From assembly GCF_009914755.1 (NCBI RefSeq), contig NC_060937.1: a stretch of DNA of 64,000 nucleotides; one strand, written 5' to 3'. Shown here piece by piece: positions 16,161 through 29,049 of the stretch; position 1 is the stretch's first letter; every line of letters starts with the position of its first letter. Source of the DNA: the human T2T-CHM13v2.0 reference genome, Homo sapiens. The position numbers and the translations under genes are program-made. Under the pieces are notes generated by a model. The model had not been told where the DNA came from. It worked only from the letters and a program-made list of their open reading frames with translations, and made no database searches.

Positions 16161-19100
16161 AAGCCAAATTCACCATTGACAGTGGACAGCCACTGAGTTA
16201 ATTACGTTGGAGAAGTCATGGGGAAGTCTGGGAGTTGAGGCATCTGGATTCCAATTCCTACTCTCTCGTTTCCTTAATTTCTTTCCTCTCTATGTGAGGG
16301 GGCATATTAAGCAAACAAATTATGATGTGTCCCAGCTTTTCTGTCTTCAAAATGGGAAGAACAGACCACCTGTATCCATCTACTGCCCAGAGAAGCCTCG
16401 TCTGTTGATGATGCATCTCTTCACCAAGAGCCCGTCAGGGCTGCAACTCTTCTGAAGGAAGGTTGGGGGAAACCATGAACAAAATAAAGAACAGCTTTCA
16501 GAGCAGAGCAATAGCTTACTTTGTGAAAGCTTGGGACACAAGTGGTTTTTTTTTTTCTATAATGTCTTTGAGCATTGCAGGAATGCAACACACCAGGTGT
16601 TAGCTATTTTCTTAGAGTCCAGAAGTTTGCAATACAAAAGCATTTGGAATTGCTTTTGAATGCCAGGTATTTAAAGTTGCCAACCTAATGACTTATTAAT
16701 AAAGCTCTCCACCACTTGTAAGCGAATGTTATTAACAAATCCTACTTCATCAGTTCATATAATCTGATTAACTGGAATAAAACAGGCATCTAGCTCCCCA
16801 GTAATTTGCTGAACTTGCACTACACTAAGGGATGTCTATGCTGCAAACCAACTTTTTAAATTTGTGTGTGAGAGGTACAAGCCATGCCCAACACCTTCCC
16901 AGGGTGCCATTGGCTTTTTGACTCATCCATACTCATCAGCAACCTCTCCAGGGGCCCTGTCTGATCTATCCAACTCCTGCTGGCAGGAAAGCTCCAGTTC
17001 CTCTGCCTGCCACGTTCTGAAGTCACAAAACTGTGCAGCCTCCTCTGGGCACCCTGAGATCATGAAGTGGGGAGGCGGTAGTGGAGCTGAAAATAGCCTC
17101 TGTTTGAGTCACAGGGACAGGGAAGCAGGGCCAGCCACCCAGGGTCACCATCCGGTGCCACACCCTGAGGGTCACTATCTGGGATCTATCACTTGAGGCC
17201 ACCACCCGTAGCCACCATCCAATGCCACCTCCTGGGGCCACTACCCAGGACTCTCCCCTGGGGCCATTGCCTGGAGCCTTGTGAGTCAGAGCAGGTCAGG
17301 GTGCCTATTCCTGCCTCTCCGGAGCTTGAGGTCTGTGGATCACCGTTTCCCATTCCTTTCTAGCAGTTTCCTGGGTTATTTAAGCAAACAGCTGCTTCCT
17401 CATTGTGTCAATCGCAAATCTGGGCAATCACTGGAAGGAAAAATGGAAAGAATCAAGCAAAAAGGCCTCATTAACATCATTTAAAACTCCTCAAATTAAA
17501 TGCCTGGATCTGCTCTCCCAGTTATATTTACCATAATCCCATGTTTTTTCCTCCATGTCACAAGCAGCCCTGAACACGGCTTTCCGATTTCCGCACCGCT
17601 TTGCCTCCGCTCCTCCAAACTCAGAATGTCTTCTTCCCCATGCTCAGGGCTGAGTGAAGTGAGTGGAGAGGGGGCTATCTGCGCCACTCCTTCCCAGCCC
17701 CCTCTCCTTTGCATCCTCTTCAAAATTCAGGCCAAATGTTACCTTTAGGGCTCATTCTTTGACAAATTAGTCTATAGGAATTTTTGTCCCTAAACTCTGA
17801 TACTATTTCAGCCCATGAGTTACTTATTTAACATGCAGTGAGCCCAGGTTGTTTATAATCCATCTTCAGGATTGAGGAAACAGATAAAGAAAGCATGGGT
17901 CCTGTCCCAGGGAACTTCCAACCTAGGGAAACCTACTGATTCAGATCGAGGTATTACAGCATGGTAGGTGCTCAACTAATTATGTGACAAAATTGTGGAA
18001 GTGCTTCCCAGCAGGGGGAGAAAAATCACTTGTAATGGTCAGAATTCAGCATGAGATGCATCAGGAGGGACAGTAGGTACCCCCGGCAGTGTGGCTTCAC
18101 GCAGGATTCAGCCTTAAGTAAACGCAGCGTTTACTTAAGTACCCTTCAGCGTACGCTTTGCGATATTTTTATTTGGATTTCTAAAAATCTCATAATAAAT
18201 GACCCTTCCTTTCCTCCTCTTCCTCCTGATTTAAAAGCTCTTGGTCCTACACAAATCTCCAGTTGCTCGTGTGCGTTGCTGAGCTCTAATCTGTGCGTTG
18301 CTGAGCTCTAATCTAGGATCTAAACAGCCCCTGGGAGGTAACAGTAACGTTCCTAAACATTGCCATCCTGTGGCCACATGAAGAGAGAACAGGAAATGGT
18401 CATGGATGCTGCCATTTAAAGAGGGAAGTCAAGCGCAAGCTGCAGTCCCCAGACCCTCCTTCTCACTCCATATCCTGTCCCCAAACAATTGCTAGCAACC
18501 ATAAAGATGAATTCCTGACCTGGAGAGGCTGCTACTCAAAAACAGACCCACAAGCAAAAGCATTAATGAATGCAGGCCCACCTATCAATTCAAATGCTCT
18601 GCATCTTGGGAAGTCATATTTCTCAGGAGGGTAGGTTTGGGTAGGCTAGCAAACAGCCACCTCCTCCGAAAGTGCTGGTCTTCAGGAAGGTTGTAGACAG
18701 CCTGTTCTTAGAGGTTGCACCTCTTTTCCAGGTCAGAGTTGCTGCCTTCTGTTTGAATAAGGCTGTTGGGAACGGCACCACAGATTTTCAAATGTCTCCA
18801 GGAAGCTCCTCGCAGCTCGTAGCCCTGCTGTTAGGCCGTGTTGACAGCATGGGCCAGGCCTTTGGGATTCTGGCCAGTGATGCTGGCTAGGGAGGAAGGG
18901 GGATAGGCCTGAGTCTGTTTGCCTCTTGATCCGTGTGGGTCATTGTCACTAAGGGATACCTAAAATTGAGCCTGAGCAGCCAAGCATGAAGAGAAGAATG
19001 GACCCCATGTTTGACCTGCTCTTGGACGCTTGATAGGTAAGATACTCACCTGGATCATTATGCTCCCTGTCTGCACTATCCTGGGCTGGCTTAGGTAGCC

Positions 19101-20063
19101 TAGTCAATCTAGACAGTCTTACGTCTGTGATGAGGTCAGGTTTCTTTGCTATGAGTCATTTCCCCCATTCACATAAATGGAAAAAATTCATCAAACACAT
19201 GCTTACTTGGTCAACTCTGCAGCTTATCACACAAGGTGAAGAGCACATGACTTTGTCAGCCTGCAAATTTACTGGAGTAACTGCTGATGAACAAAGAAAA
19301 TAGCTGATGCCAACCCCTCTACTAGTGACAATAATGACAGAGATACCTTACATTTGATTGCGCTTTTAAGCTATGTATGTACTGTGAAACACAGATATGA
19401 ATTTTTAGGTTGGGAAATTGATACTCAATTTCAATTAACTAGAATGGAAAGACTGGAGAGTGATTTTGTAATTTTAAAACATTAGATTTGTTTTTCTAGC
19501 CTCTAGTAAACATAATTCGTAAGGATAAAATGAAAACTGATTACCTTCTTTTATCTAACAGAGAATGATAGTTAAGAGTCATGCTCATGATTGGAATTCC
19601 AACATTTATTTGATTAAATGGTCTATGTATTGAGCACGCATAGAGTATACTGCACAGACTCAAACTGTGGGAACTTACGACCTAAACAAATCTCTCCAAT
19701 GCAAGGCAGTTGTGTGATGAGGCTTTGTATACATTCCAACAGCTCATTACTATAAAGCACTGCGTCTGCAAAAGAAAATAATTCCAGACATGGTAATCAA
19801 GAGGGCATTGTAGGAAGAGGATGATTTTGAAGTGATCCTCCAAAAACCCGAAGTATTTTGACAAGCAAAGCCAAGAATGGAGGAGGGGCATTTCACGTGG
19901 ATGGAGTGGCTTGAGCATACCTTTCCTGAAGCAGAAAAGTATATTTAAAAACAAAAATAATAATAATAATAATGTGGTTTGGGTTAGCTAGAATAAAGGA
20001 ATCTGGGAGATAAAGTTGAACAAATAGTTAGGTGTAATGTTATAAAAACCCCTGAAAGCCAGT

Positions 20064-20520
20064 ATATCAGTTGGGGTTCAGTCAGAGCCTATAGAGCTCA
20101 AGACCAATTGAAATAATTTCATAAGAGGAATTAGTTACAAAGGTGTTGGGAAAGCTGAAAAGTTAATGAGGGGATGGTGAAGCCACCTTGGGCTTATCAC
20201 CAACGGGGAGCTGTTACCACCCATAGGGCCAGAGCCTTAAAAGCTGGGACTTCCCTGGGGGAGCTGGATCTTCTGTGGATGCTGCCCAGTAAGATCTGGG
20301 TCCATGGAAGGAGTCTGTCTGGCAAGAGTTGGAACCATAAAGGAGAGCACAGCCACTAAGAGACACTGCCTGACTTGGGGCAGAGGGTGTATCCTGGCTT
20401 CTTCCACTACCCTCCAATCTCTCACCAGCGCACTGGCCAAACGCAGCTGTGAGCTGGTTGGCAAGAGAGCCTTGGACTGGAAATTAATTTGCGGGGAAAA
20501 GGCAGGACAGATCTGGGAGC
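20064..20520. mobile_element. Old LTR (LTR78/LTR79-like; uncertain)
   Basis: tatcagttggggttcagtcagag...gaattagttacaaaggtgttgg...gggatggtgaagcc...gctgttaccacccataggg. Confidence 0.4.
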
Positions 20521-20764
20521 AATCAGGCAAGCAACAGCATAGTCATATTGTAGGATTGGACTATTCATTGTAGGATTAGACGATTCATTAAGTAGTGAAT
20601 AGTCCAATCCCGCAATCTGACTGTGCTTGGGGTTTTTGGAGAAGAATGTTAACAATCATGGCATTGCACTTTGGGAAGGAGGAGGTCCTGGAGGAGAATG
20701 TAACAATCATAGCATTGGAGGATGACAATAAGATCCATTAAATTGCTGTGAACATTTGTATAAT

Positions 20765-21557
<793 letters not shown>

Positions 21558-21817
21558 GTATGGGCCAAGTTCATAAATTACGGAGACTTCACATTCCCAG
21601 GTCTCATTTCCAGGGCCCACTGGCCAGAACTATTCTTTTTCTCCAGTTTAAATCCTCTGAAAGTGTAGATTCCTCCACAGGCTCCCAGGCACACAGTGTA
21701 TACAAGTCCCTGCCCTCAAGGCGCCTGTTTATTCCACCCCAGGTGGAGGTCCACTCCATCAGTAGGTCCACTCCATGAGGACCTACGCTGTGTGTGCACG
21801 AAGCACATGCAGGTCCG

Positions 21818-22165
21818 TGTGGTCGACTGCCTCTGAAGTGAGTTCTGCTATTCATGCCCTGCTGGAATTCCCTCCCCTTGAGGGGGGCGCTGGACCTGAT
21901 GACTTTCTTCTACTGGCTACACTGGAGTAGATAGGATGTCACTTCCAAGAGTCGGTTATGAGAGACTGTGACTCCTTGCTTACACATTCTCCTTCCATCA
22001 TTACCTCCCTTTCCCCTCCTCCTCGCCTTCTCCCGCCCCCTCCTCCTCCTCTTTCTTCTCCTCCCCTTCCTTCTTTCCCTCTCTTTTTCTCTGCACCTCT
22101 CACTGTCTCTCTCTCTCAGGAGCCAGCTACCAGCAGATGCATCCAGGAGACCTCCCAGCCTGTGA
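21818..22165 (+). mobile_element. MaLR LTR fragment (MLT1E/F/G-like) with an expanded CT-rich tract at about 21990-22116
   Basis: attcatgccct...ccctccccttgag...gctggacctgatgact...gatgtcacttccaaga. Confidence 0.55.
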
Positions 22166-22676
22166 AGACTCATTCTTCTTCTGAGGCCTCATGCCTTGAA
22201 TATGAGACCAAATAGGGCCAGCATTTATTGGTCTTGGGCCGCTCTGTTTGTGCAGGCTGTCTAACCGCAGTAACCCCGAGCGTCTCTTAAGGAGCGTGGG
22301 GAGAGGCGGCTGGGAGCAAGCTCCGCCGTGAGAATGCTTTCGTTTGAGTGAAGGCCTCCACAGGCCCCTGCCGTGGATTGCTTATTTAAGTTCAAGAAAT
22401 AAATATTGAAGAATGAAAATCAAAACCCCCAGAAATTTAGACAGCGAAATTCTGGGTGGTAAGGAAGATTGTGTGATGATTTCACAAGGAGGATTTCGGA
22501 GAGGATTCGGTCCTTATACTAAATATGTTTGAGGGTGGAACGCTCCCTTTTCTCGCTGCAGTGCAGTTACCTGAAGTCCTTGGATTCTAGGCCCCTGTTC
22601 TTCCCTGCTTTTGCTCTTACCTTGCCTCCATTTATTAAGCACTTACTGGATGCTACGCTTTGCACCGAAAGCCTTC

Positions 22677-23151
22677 TGTGAACTCCGAATATTTGAGATG
22701 GGTCTCAGTTAATTTAGAAAGTTTATTTTGCCAAGTCTGAGGACCCACGCCTGTGGCACAGCCTCAGGAAGTCCTGCCCACACGGAGACTTCACATTCCC
22801 AGGTCTCATTTCCAGGGCCCACTGGCCAGAACTATTCTTGTTCTGGGTAGGTTAGTTTTCTACGTTTTAGGGAGACACGAGACATCAATCCATATATGTA
22901 AGAAGTACATTGGTTCAGTCTGGAAAGGCGGGACAACTTGAAGCAAAGGCAAGAAGACTTAAAGCAAAGCGAAGGGGTCCTCCAGGTCACACATAGATGA
23001 GAGACTAATGGTTGCATTCTTTTGAGTTTCTGATTAGCCTTTCCAACAGAGGCAATCAGATATGCATCTATGTCAGCGAGCAGAGGGGTGACTTTGAATA
23101 GAATGGGAGCAGTTCCCAGCTTGAAGGGGCCCAAGATCTTTTCCTTTCACA
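22677..23151 (-). mobile_element. MER4A-type ERV1 solo LTR inserted in a MIR
   Basis: TG...CA termini; 4-bp TSD cttc (22673-22676 and 23152-23155); ggtctcagttaatttagaaagtttattttgccaag motif. Confidence 0.88.
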
Positions 23152-23464
23152 CTTCTATGCTGTGCTCATTTAACTCTCACAATTCAGTGAGGCAGGCACC
23201 ATTACTATACCTATGTTACAAATGGGGAAACATACCTAAAGAGGTCACATCATTCGCCAAGGTCGCAGAGCAGTAAATACAGACTCTGGAGTCCAGCGGC
23301 ACGTCAACTTTTACTTTAAAGCCAAGCCATTAACCACTGGGCTTCACGACCTCCCTCAAAGAAAACTGCTTCCAGCCTTTCCCTTTAAATAAAAACTTTG
23401 TTCTTTACATTCTAAATTGCTTTCACTTGTCAACAGCATTATGTGTAAACCCATCTCCTCACAG

Positions 23465-23466
23465 TT

Positions 23467-23509
<43 letters not shown>

Positions 23510-23798
23510 TATTTTTTTGATACCGAGTCTCACTTCGTCGCCCAGGCTGGAGTGCTGTGGTGTGATCTCAGCTCACTGCAACCTCCGCCTTCCCAGTTCA
23601 AGCAATTCTTGTGCCTCAGTCTCCTGAGTAGCTGGGATTACAGGTGCCACCACCATGCCCAGCTCATTTTTGTATTTTTAGTAGAGATGGGGTTTTGCCA
23701 TATTGGCCAGGCTGGTCTTGAATTCCTGAACTCAAGTGATCTGCCCGCCTCAGCCTCCAAAGTGTTTGGATTACAGGCATGAGCCATCGCGCCCAGCC
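23465..23798 (-). mobile_element. Alu (AluS-type) with (TTTA)n tail
   Basis: Reverse-strand Alu; TSD cacagttttattt. Confidence 0.95.
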
Positions 23799-23829
23799 CC
23801 ACAGTTTTATTTTGAAAGAGTTGGCTGTA

Positions 23830-24589
<760 letters not shown>

Positions 24590-25029
24590 TAAAAAGCTCT
24601 GTAATTTCCGTAGGCACAACAGTGCTGAGAGGGACAGTGGAGTAGCGACAGAGGACTTGGTCAGGAGCAGAGACCACCAGCCATTATCTCTATGGCACCA
24701 GCATCCCCAGGATCCTCTGAGACCCATCACACAGCTTCACTATTCGATTGTTTGGGAGTATCTAGATTCCCGACTCTAAAACATGTGTTGTTTGTGGTTG
24801 TCACTGTCACAAGCCCTAGGATTCTTAGCATCATGGAGCAGACGTTGAGACTTACAAATGAGGAAAGAGAGAAAAAGTACTGCAAAATTTGCCCAGGCTC
24901 ACCCTCTTCACCCTAATCTAGAGGAGGTGCTTGCTATTGCCTTACATATGGAATTGAATACAACTTTTGGAGGTTGTGTTAGCTATTTTACATCCTTAAG
25001 GGAACTTTTAGAAAATACCATATCAAGGC

Positions 25030-26100
25030 TTTGTTGGAGTTTTGGTTCCTTCAGACCCTGAGACAGTATTTGGGTGCTAGTAGTGTATTTGGGAAGTGAC
25101 CCCGGGAAGCATGGTAAGAAGTCGGGGAAGGGAAGGAAGCCACTGACGTGCGCTTTAACAAACGGTGACCTATGTGGGCAACCATGGCTCAGTTCTACTG
25201 GGCCCTCCAACGGGCTGTGCCAAACACGAACACATCTTAGAATTGTGCCTCTAGGCCTTAGGGAGGTAGAATATTTATCTACCAACTCCCATTCCTCACT
25301 GGTTGAGGGTTGCTCCTGAGACATTAACTCCAGGCCTGTCTAGGCTGTCGCTTCTGCAACCAAGGATGCTCTAGTGGACAGAGAAGGCCCTTGGTCAGAG
25401 AGAAGCAGTAGCTGAAGCTAAGCAGGCAGGTGAGTTGCATTAGTTTTCTATGGCTGCATAAAAAGTTACCCAAAAATTTAGTGGCTTCAAGCAACACACA
25501 CTGTGATATCAGTTTCTAGGGGTCAGGAACACAGGCACAGCTTTGTTGGGTGATTCTGCTCAGGTTCTCTCAGGGGCTGCCAGCAAGGTTTTGTCTAGGA
25601 CTGCAAGCATCTCAAGGTTCAGCTGGGGGAGGATCTGTTTCCAGGCTTACTCAGGGGGTTGTGGGCAGAATTCAGCTCCTCACAGGCTGATGGGCTAAGG
25701 AGCTCAGTTCTCTGCTGGCTGTTGGTCAAAAGCCACCTTCAGTTCCTTGCCACATGGGCCTTCCATGGGACAGCTCACAACATGGCAGCTGGCTTCCTCG
25801 CAGTAAGCAAGCAGGAGGGCAAGAGAGGACAAGCATGACTGAAGACAGTCTTCTGTGTGTAACCCAACCTCAAAAGTGACATCCGTCACTTTCATTGCTT
25901 TCTATTCATTAGAAATGAGTGCTAAGTTCATCCCACAGTCAAGGGGAGGGGTTTACACTAGAGCTGGAATAGCAGGAGACCCCCAGGAGCCATTGTAGAG
26001 GATGCCTATTGCAGAGGTGCAGGTGAACTGCCCGCCAAAGTTCTAGGTAAACTCTCGGCTTAGCCAAGGACTGTGACCGAGGCACTGGCACATCTGCCCA
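25030..26100 (-). mobile_element. LTR16-like ERVL LTR split by an MLT1 insertion
   Basis: cagaccctgagac...tatttgggaagtgaccccgggaagca...gggaagggaaggaagcca. Confidence 0.6.
25437..26012 (-). mobile_element. MaLR solo LTR (MLT1E/F-like)
   Basis: tgcattagttttctatggctgcat...tttagtggcttcaagcaacac...cagttccttgccacatgggcc...ctcacaacatggcagctggcttc. Confidence 0.85.
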
Positions 26101-26956
26101 GGTGAAGTAACTTCATGCTGCTGCACCGTCCCTAGTTACTGGGAAACATTGCAGTTGTCTTGAAACAGAGAGGCCCTGGAACACAATATTTTTAAAGGTA
26201 AACATTATTAAAAATGGGAACATTAACCTGGTGCAGATTAAAGAGAATCCTTCTGCCTCTCTGCAGATCTGAAACTCAGTTGAACTGAGTGACAGGGGCT
26301 TCGCTAAGTTCTAGGGACGCAGCATTAAATCCAGAGCAATCCCCACTCTCAGAGGACTGAAAGGGACCGAAGCATGGATGGCAGAACAGGGCAGTAACTG
26401 CTGTGCCGGGTGTCAGTGCAGGCAGCAGGTGGATACCGGCCCACTGGGCTTCAGGGATTCAATCCCAGCAGGGTAGGGAGGTGACTGCCTCTCCTTCCTC
26501 TAGAATGAGCCTTGTGGGATCACCAACATTCCTACCATGTGCCTTCATGTGCTTAATCTTTCGTGAAGATTTACGGTCAAGCACTTTCCCGGTAGGCGAG
26601 CCATGCTTTAGAAGGGACACTATGCCTGGCCCTGAAGAAAAACAGGAATAAAAGAGAAAGAAGTAAGAAGAAACAGAATGGCAGAAACTAACTAACACAG
26701 CCCAAACACATCGGAAGACAAGCAGCTCTCCCTCTCCCACAAATTAGTGTCCAGTATATGACCCCCACCCTTCCACACCAGCCCTCTTCCCTGCTAACCA
26801 GGCCACCTGCCCTACCCCTCCACTATGGGCAGGCACTCCCAGGTGCTGATCTAATCTACACCTGCCTACCAGCAGTATTGGAACCACAAATGCCTCCGGA
26901 GCAGACAGCTCCTCACTGTGAGAGCACTTTATCCCCTTTATTTAAGACAAACTTTA

Positions 26957-27267
<311 letters not shown>

Positions 27268-27488
27268 TTAAATCCATTATCCTGGACATGAGAATGAAGT
27301 TCAATACCTTATGAATGAACCTGTTGCCTAGTTCCTGCCTCCTATCCATTTACAGTACATGGAGGCAGGCCCCAAAGGTAAAAGAGGAAGGAAAATTGAG
27401 TCATAGGAATTAAAGACAGGACCAAGGGTGCTTCCTTGGTCAAGGCCACAGCTGATTTTCTTAGTGCCTCTCTCCTTCCCTTCATTAA

Positions 27489-27864
<376 letters not shown>

Positions 27865-28433
27865 CTTTTTATTTTTTTGAACTTTTCTTGAATCACTATC
27901 TTCAGAGGGTGATTTAAATAGTTAATTAACCAATTAATAACAAATAGTTATTCATATGAATAATGAGGTAAGTCATTAAATGATTTAAATAATCATTTTA
28001 ATACTTTCAGTGCAGGTGGGTGAGGACATGGGTGCTTGTTTCAGAAACCCCTGTGGTAAGTGCCACCCATTGCAGCCTTTCACAGGTGTCTTCTAAATGG
28101 CACCTCACATAAGCGTGCAAGGGAAGAATGAGGGCCCTGCTTTATAGAAGAAGAAATGAGGTGTGGCGAAGCCTCTCTTAAGTGATTGAGCTGAAAAACT
28201 GAACTCATATCTGTGCAGCTCCAAAGTCTATGCTTTTTCAACTACACCAAACACCCTAAGTGCCCAAAACAAACCAAAGAACACTACTGTATTTTGCATC
28301 TACATGTAAGTTGTAAATCCATTGATCCTACCACTTTTTACTGTCCTTACCCCTACATGTCCATTTTTCCCTCCTCACCTTTACTAAATCTTACATCATT
28401 AAAATCTGCAGTGTAGAGTGCTTCCTCATGTAC

Positions 28434-28993
28434 ATTCTTGCCTAGTCCATTTTGCGCTGCTATAGCATAATACCCGAGAGTAGGTAATTTATAATGAATG
28501 GAAATTTGTTTGACTCATGCTTCTGGAGGCTGGGAAGTCCAAGATCAAAAAGCTGCATCTGGTGAGGGTATTCTTACTGTGTTATCCCATGGTGGAAGGT
28601 GGAAGGACTAGAAACGACACAAGTGAGGAGAAGGAAAGGGGCTGAATTCATTCTTTTTTTTCTTTTTTTTAGACAGAGTCTCACTCTGTTGCCCAGGCTG
28701 GAGTGCAATGGCATGATCTCAGCTCACTGCAACCTCCACCTCCCGGGTTCAAGTGATTGATCCACCTGCCTCAGCCTCCCACAGTGCTGGGATTACAGCC
28801 GTGAGCCACCGCACCTGGCCTGAATTCATTATTTTATCAGGAGCCCACTCCTATGAGAGTGACATTACTCCATCCATGAGGGCCGAGCCCTCATGACCCA
28901 ATCACCTCTCAAAGCTCCTGCCTCTCAATGCTGTTGCATTGGGGATCAAATTTCCAACATATGAACTTTGGGGAACAGATTCAAACCTCAGTA
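28434..28993 (-). mobile_element. MaLR solo LTR (MST-type), interrupted by a short Alu
   Basis: cctagtccattttgcgctgctata...ttctggaggctgggaagtccaagatc...gccctcatgacccaatcacctc...attcaaacc. Confidence 0.85.
28654..28820 (-). mobile_element. Internally deleted, monomer-length Alu
   Basis: Right-arm 3' part joined directly to left-arm 5' part; TSD tgaattcatt on both sides. Confidence 0.9.
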
Positions 28994-29049
28994 TCTCTAA
29001 ACTCTCTTTTCTCTCTCTTAACTAGTCAGTCTTACTTGCCAAGCATCCA

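Noticed and set aside
16400-16460. Possible C/D box snoRNA (TGATGA...CTGA)
   Set aside because: Boxes only about 50 nt apart, no terminal stem, no recognisable guide
18006-18022. CTCF-like CCAGCAGGGGGAG
   Set aside because: Lacks the conserved C of the GGC core; not supportable without ChIP data
14256-20717. Repeat-spacer-repeat patterns as a CRISPR-like array
   Set aside because: Each repeat has only two copies, the repeats are unrelated to each other, and the DNA is human
21875-21895. CTCF-like GGGGGCGCTG
   Set aside because: 5' half of the motif does not match; lies in an LTR fragment
21910-22173. Arg/Glu-rich ORF (Pro/Ser-rich on the other strand)
   Set aside because: Translation of a CT low-complexity tract
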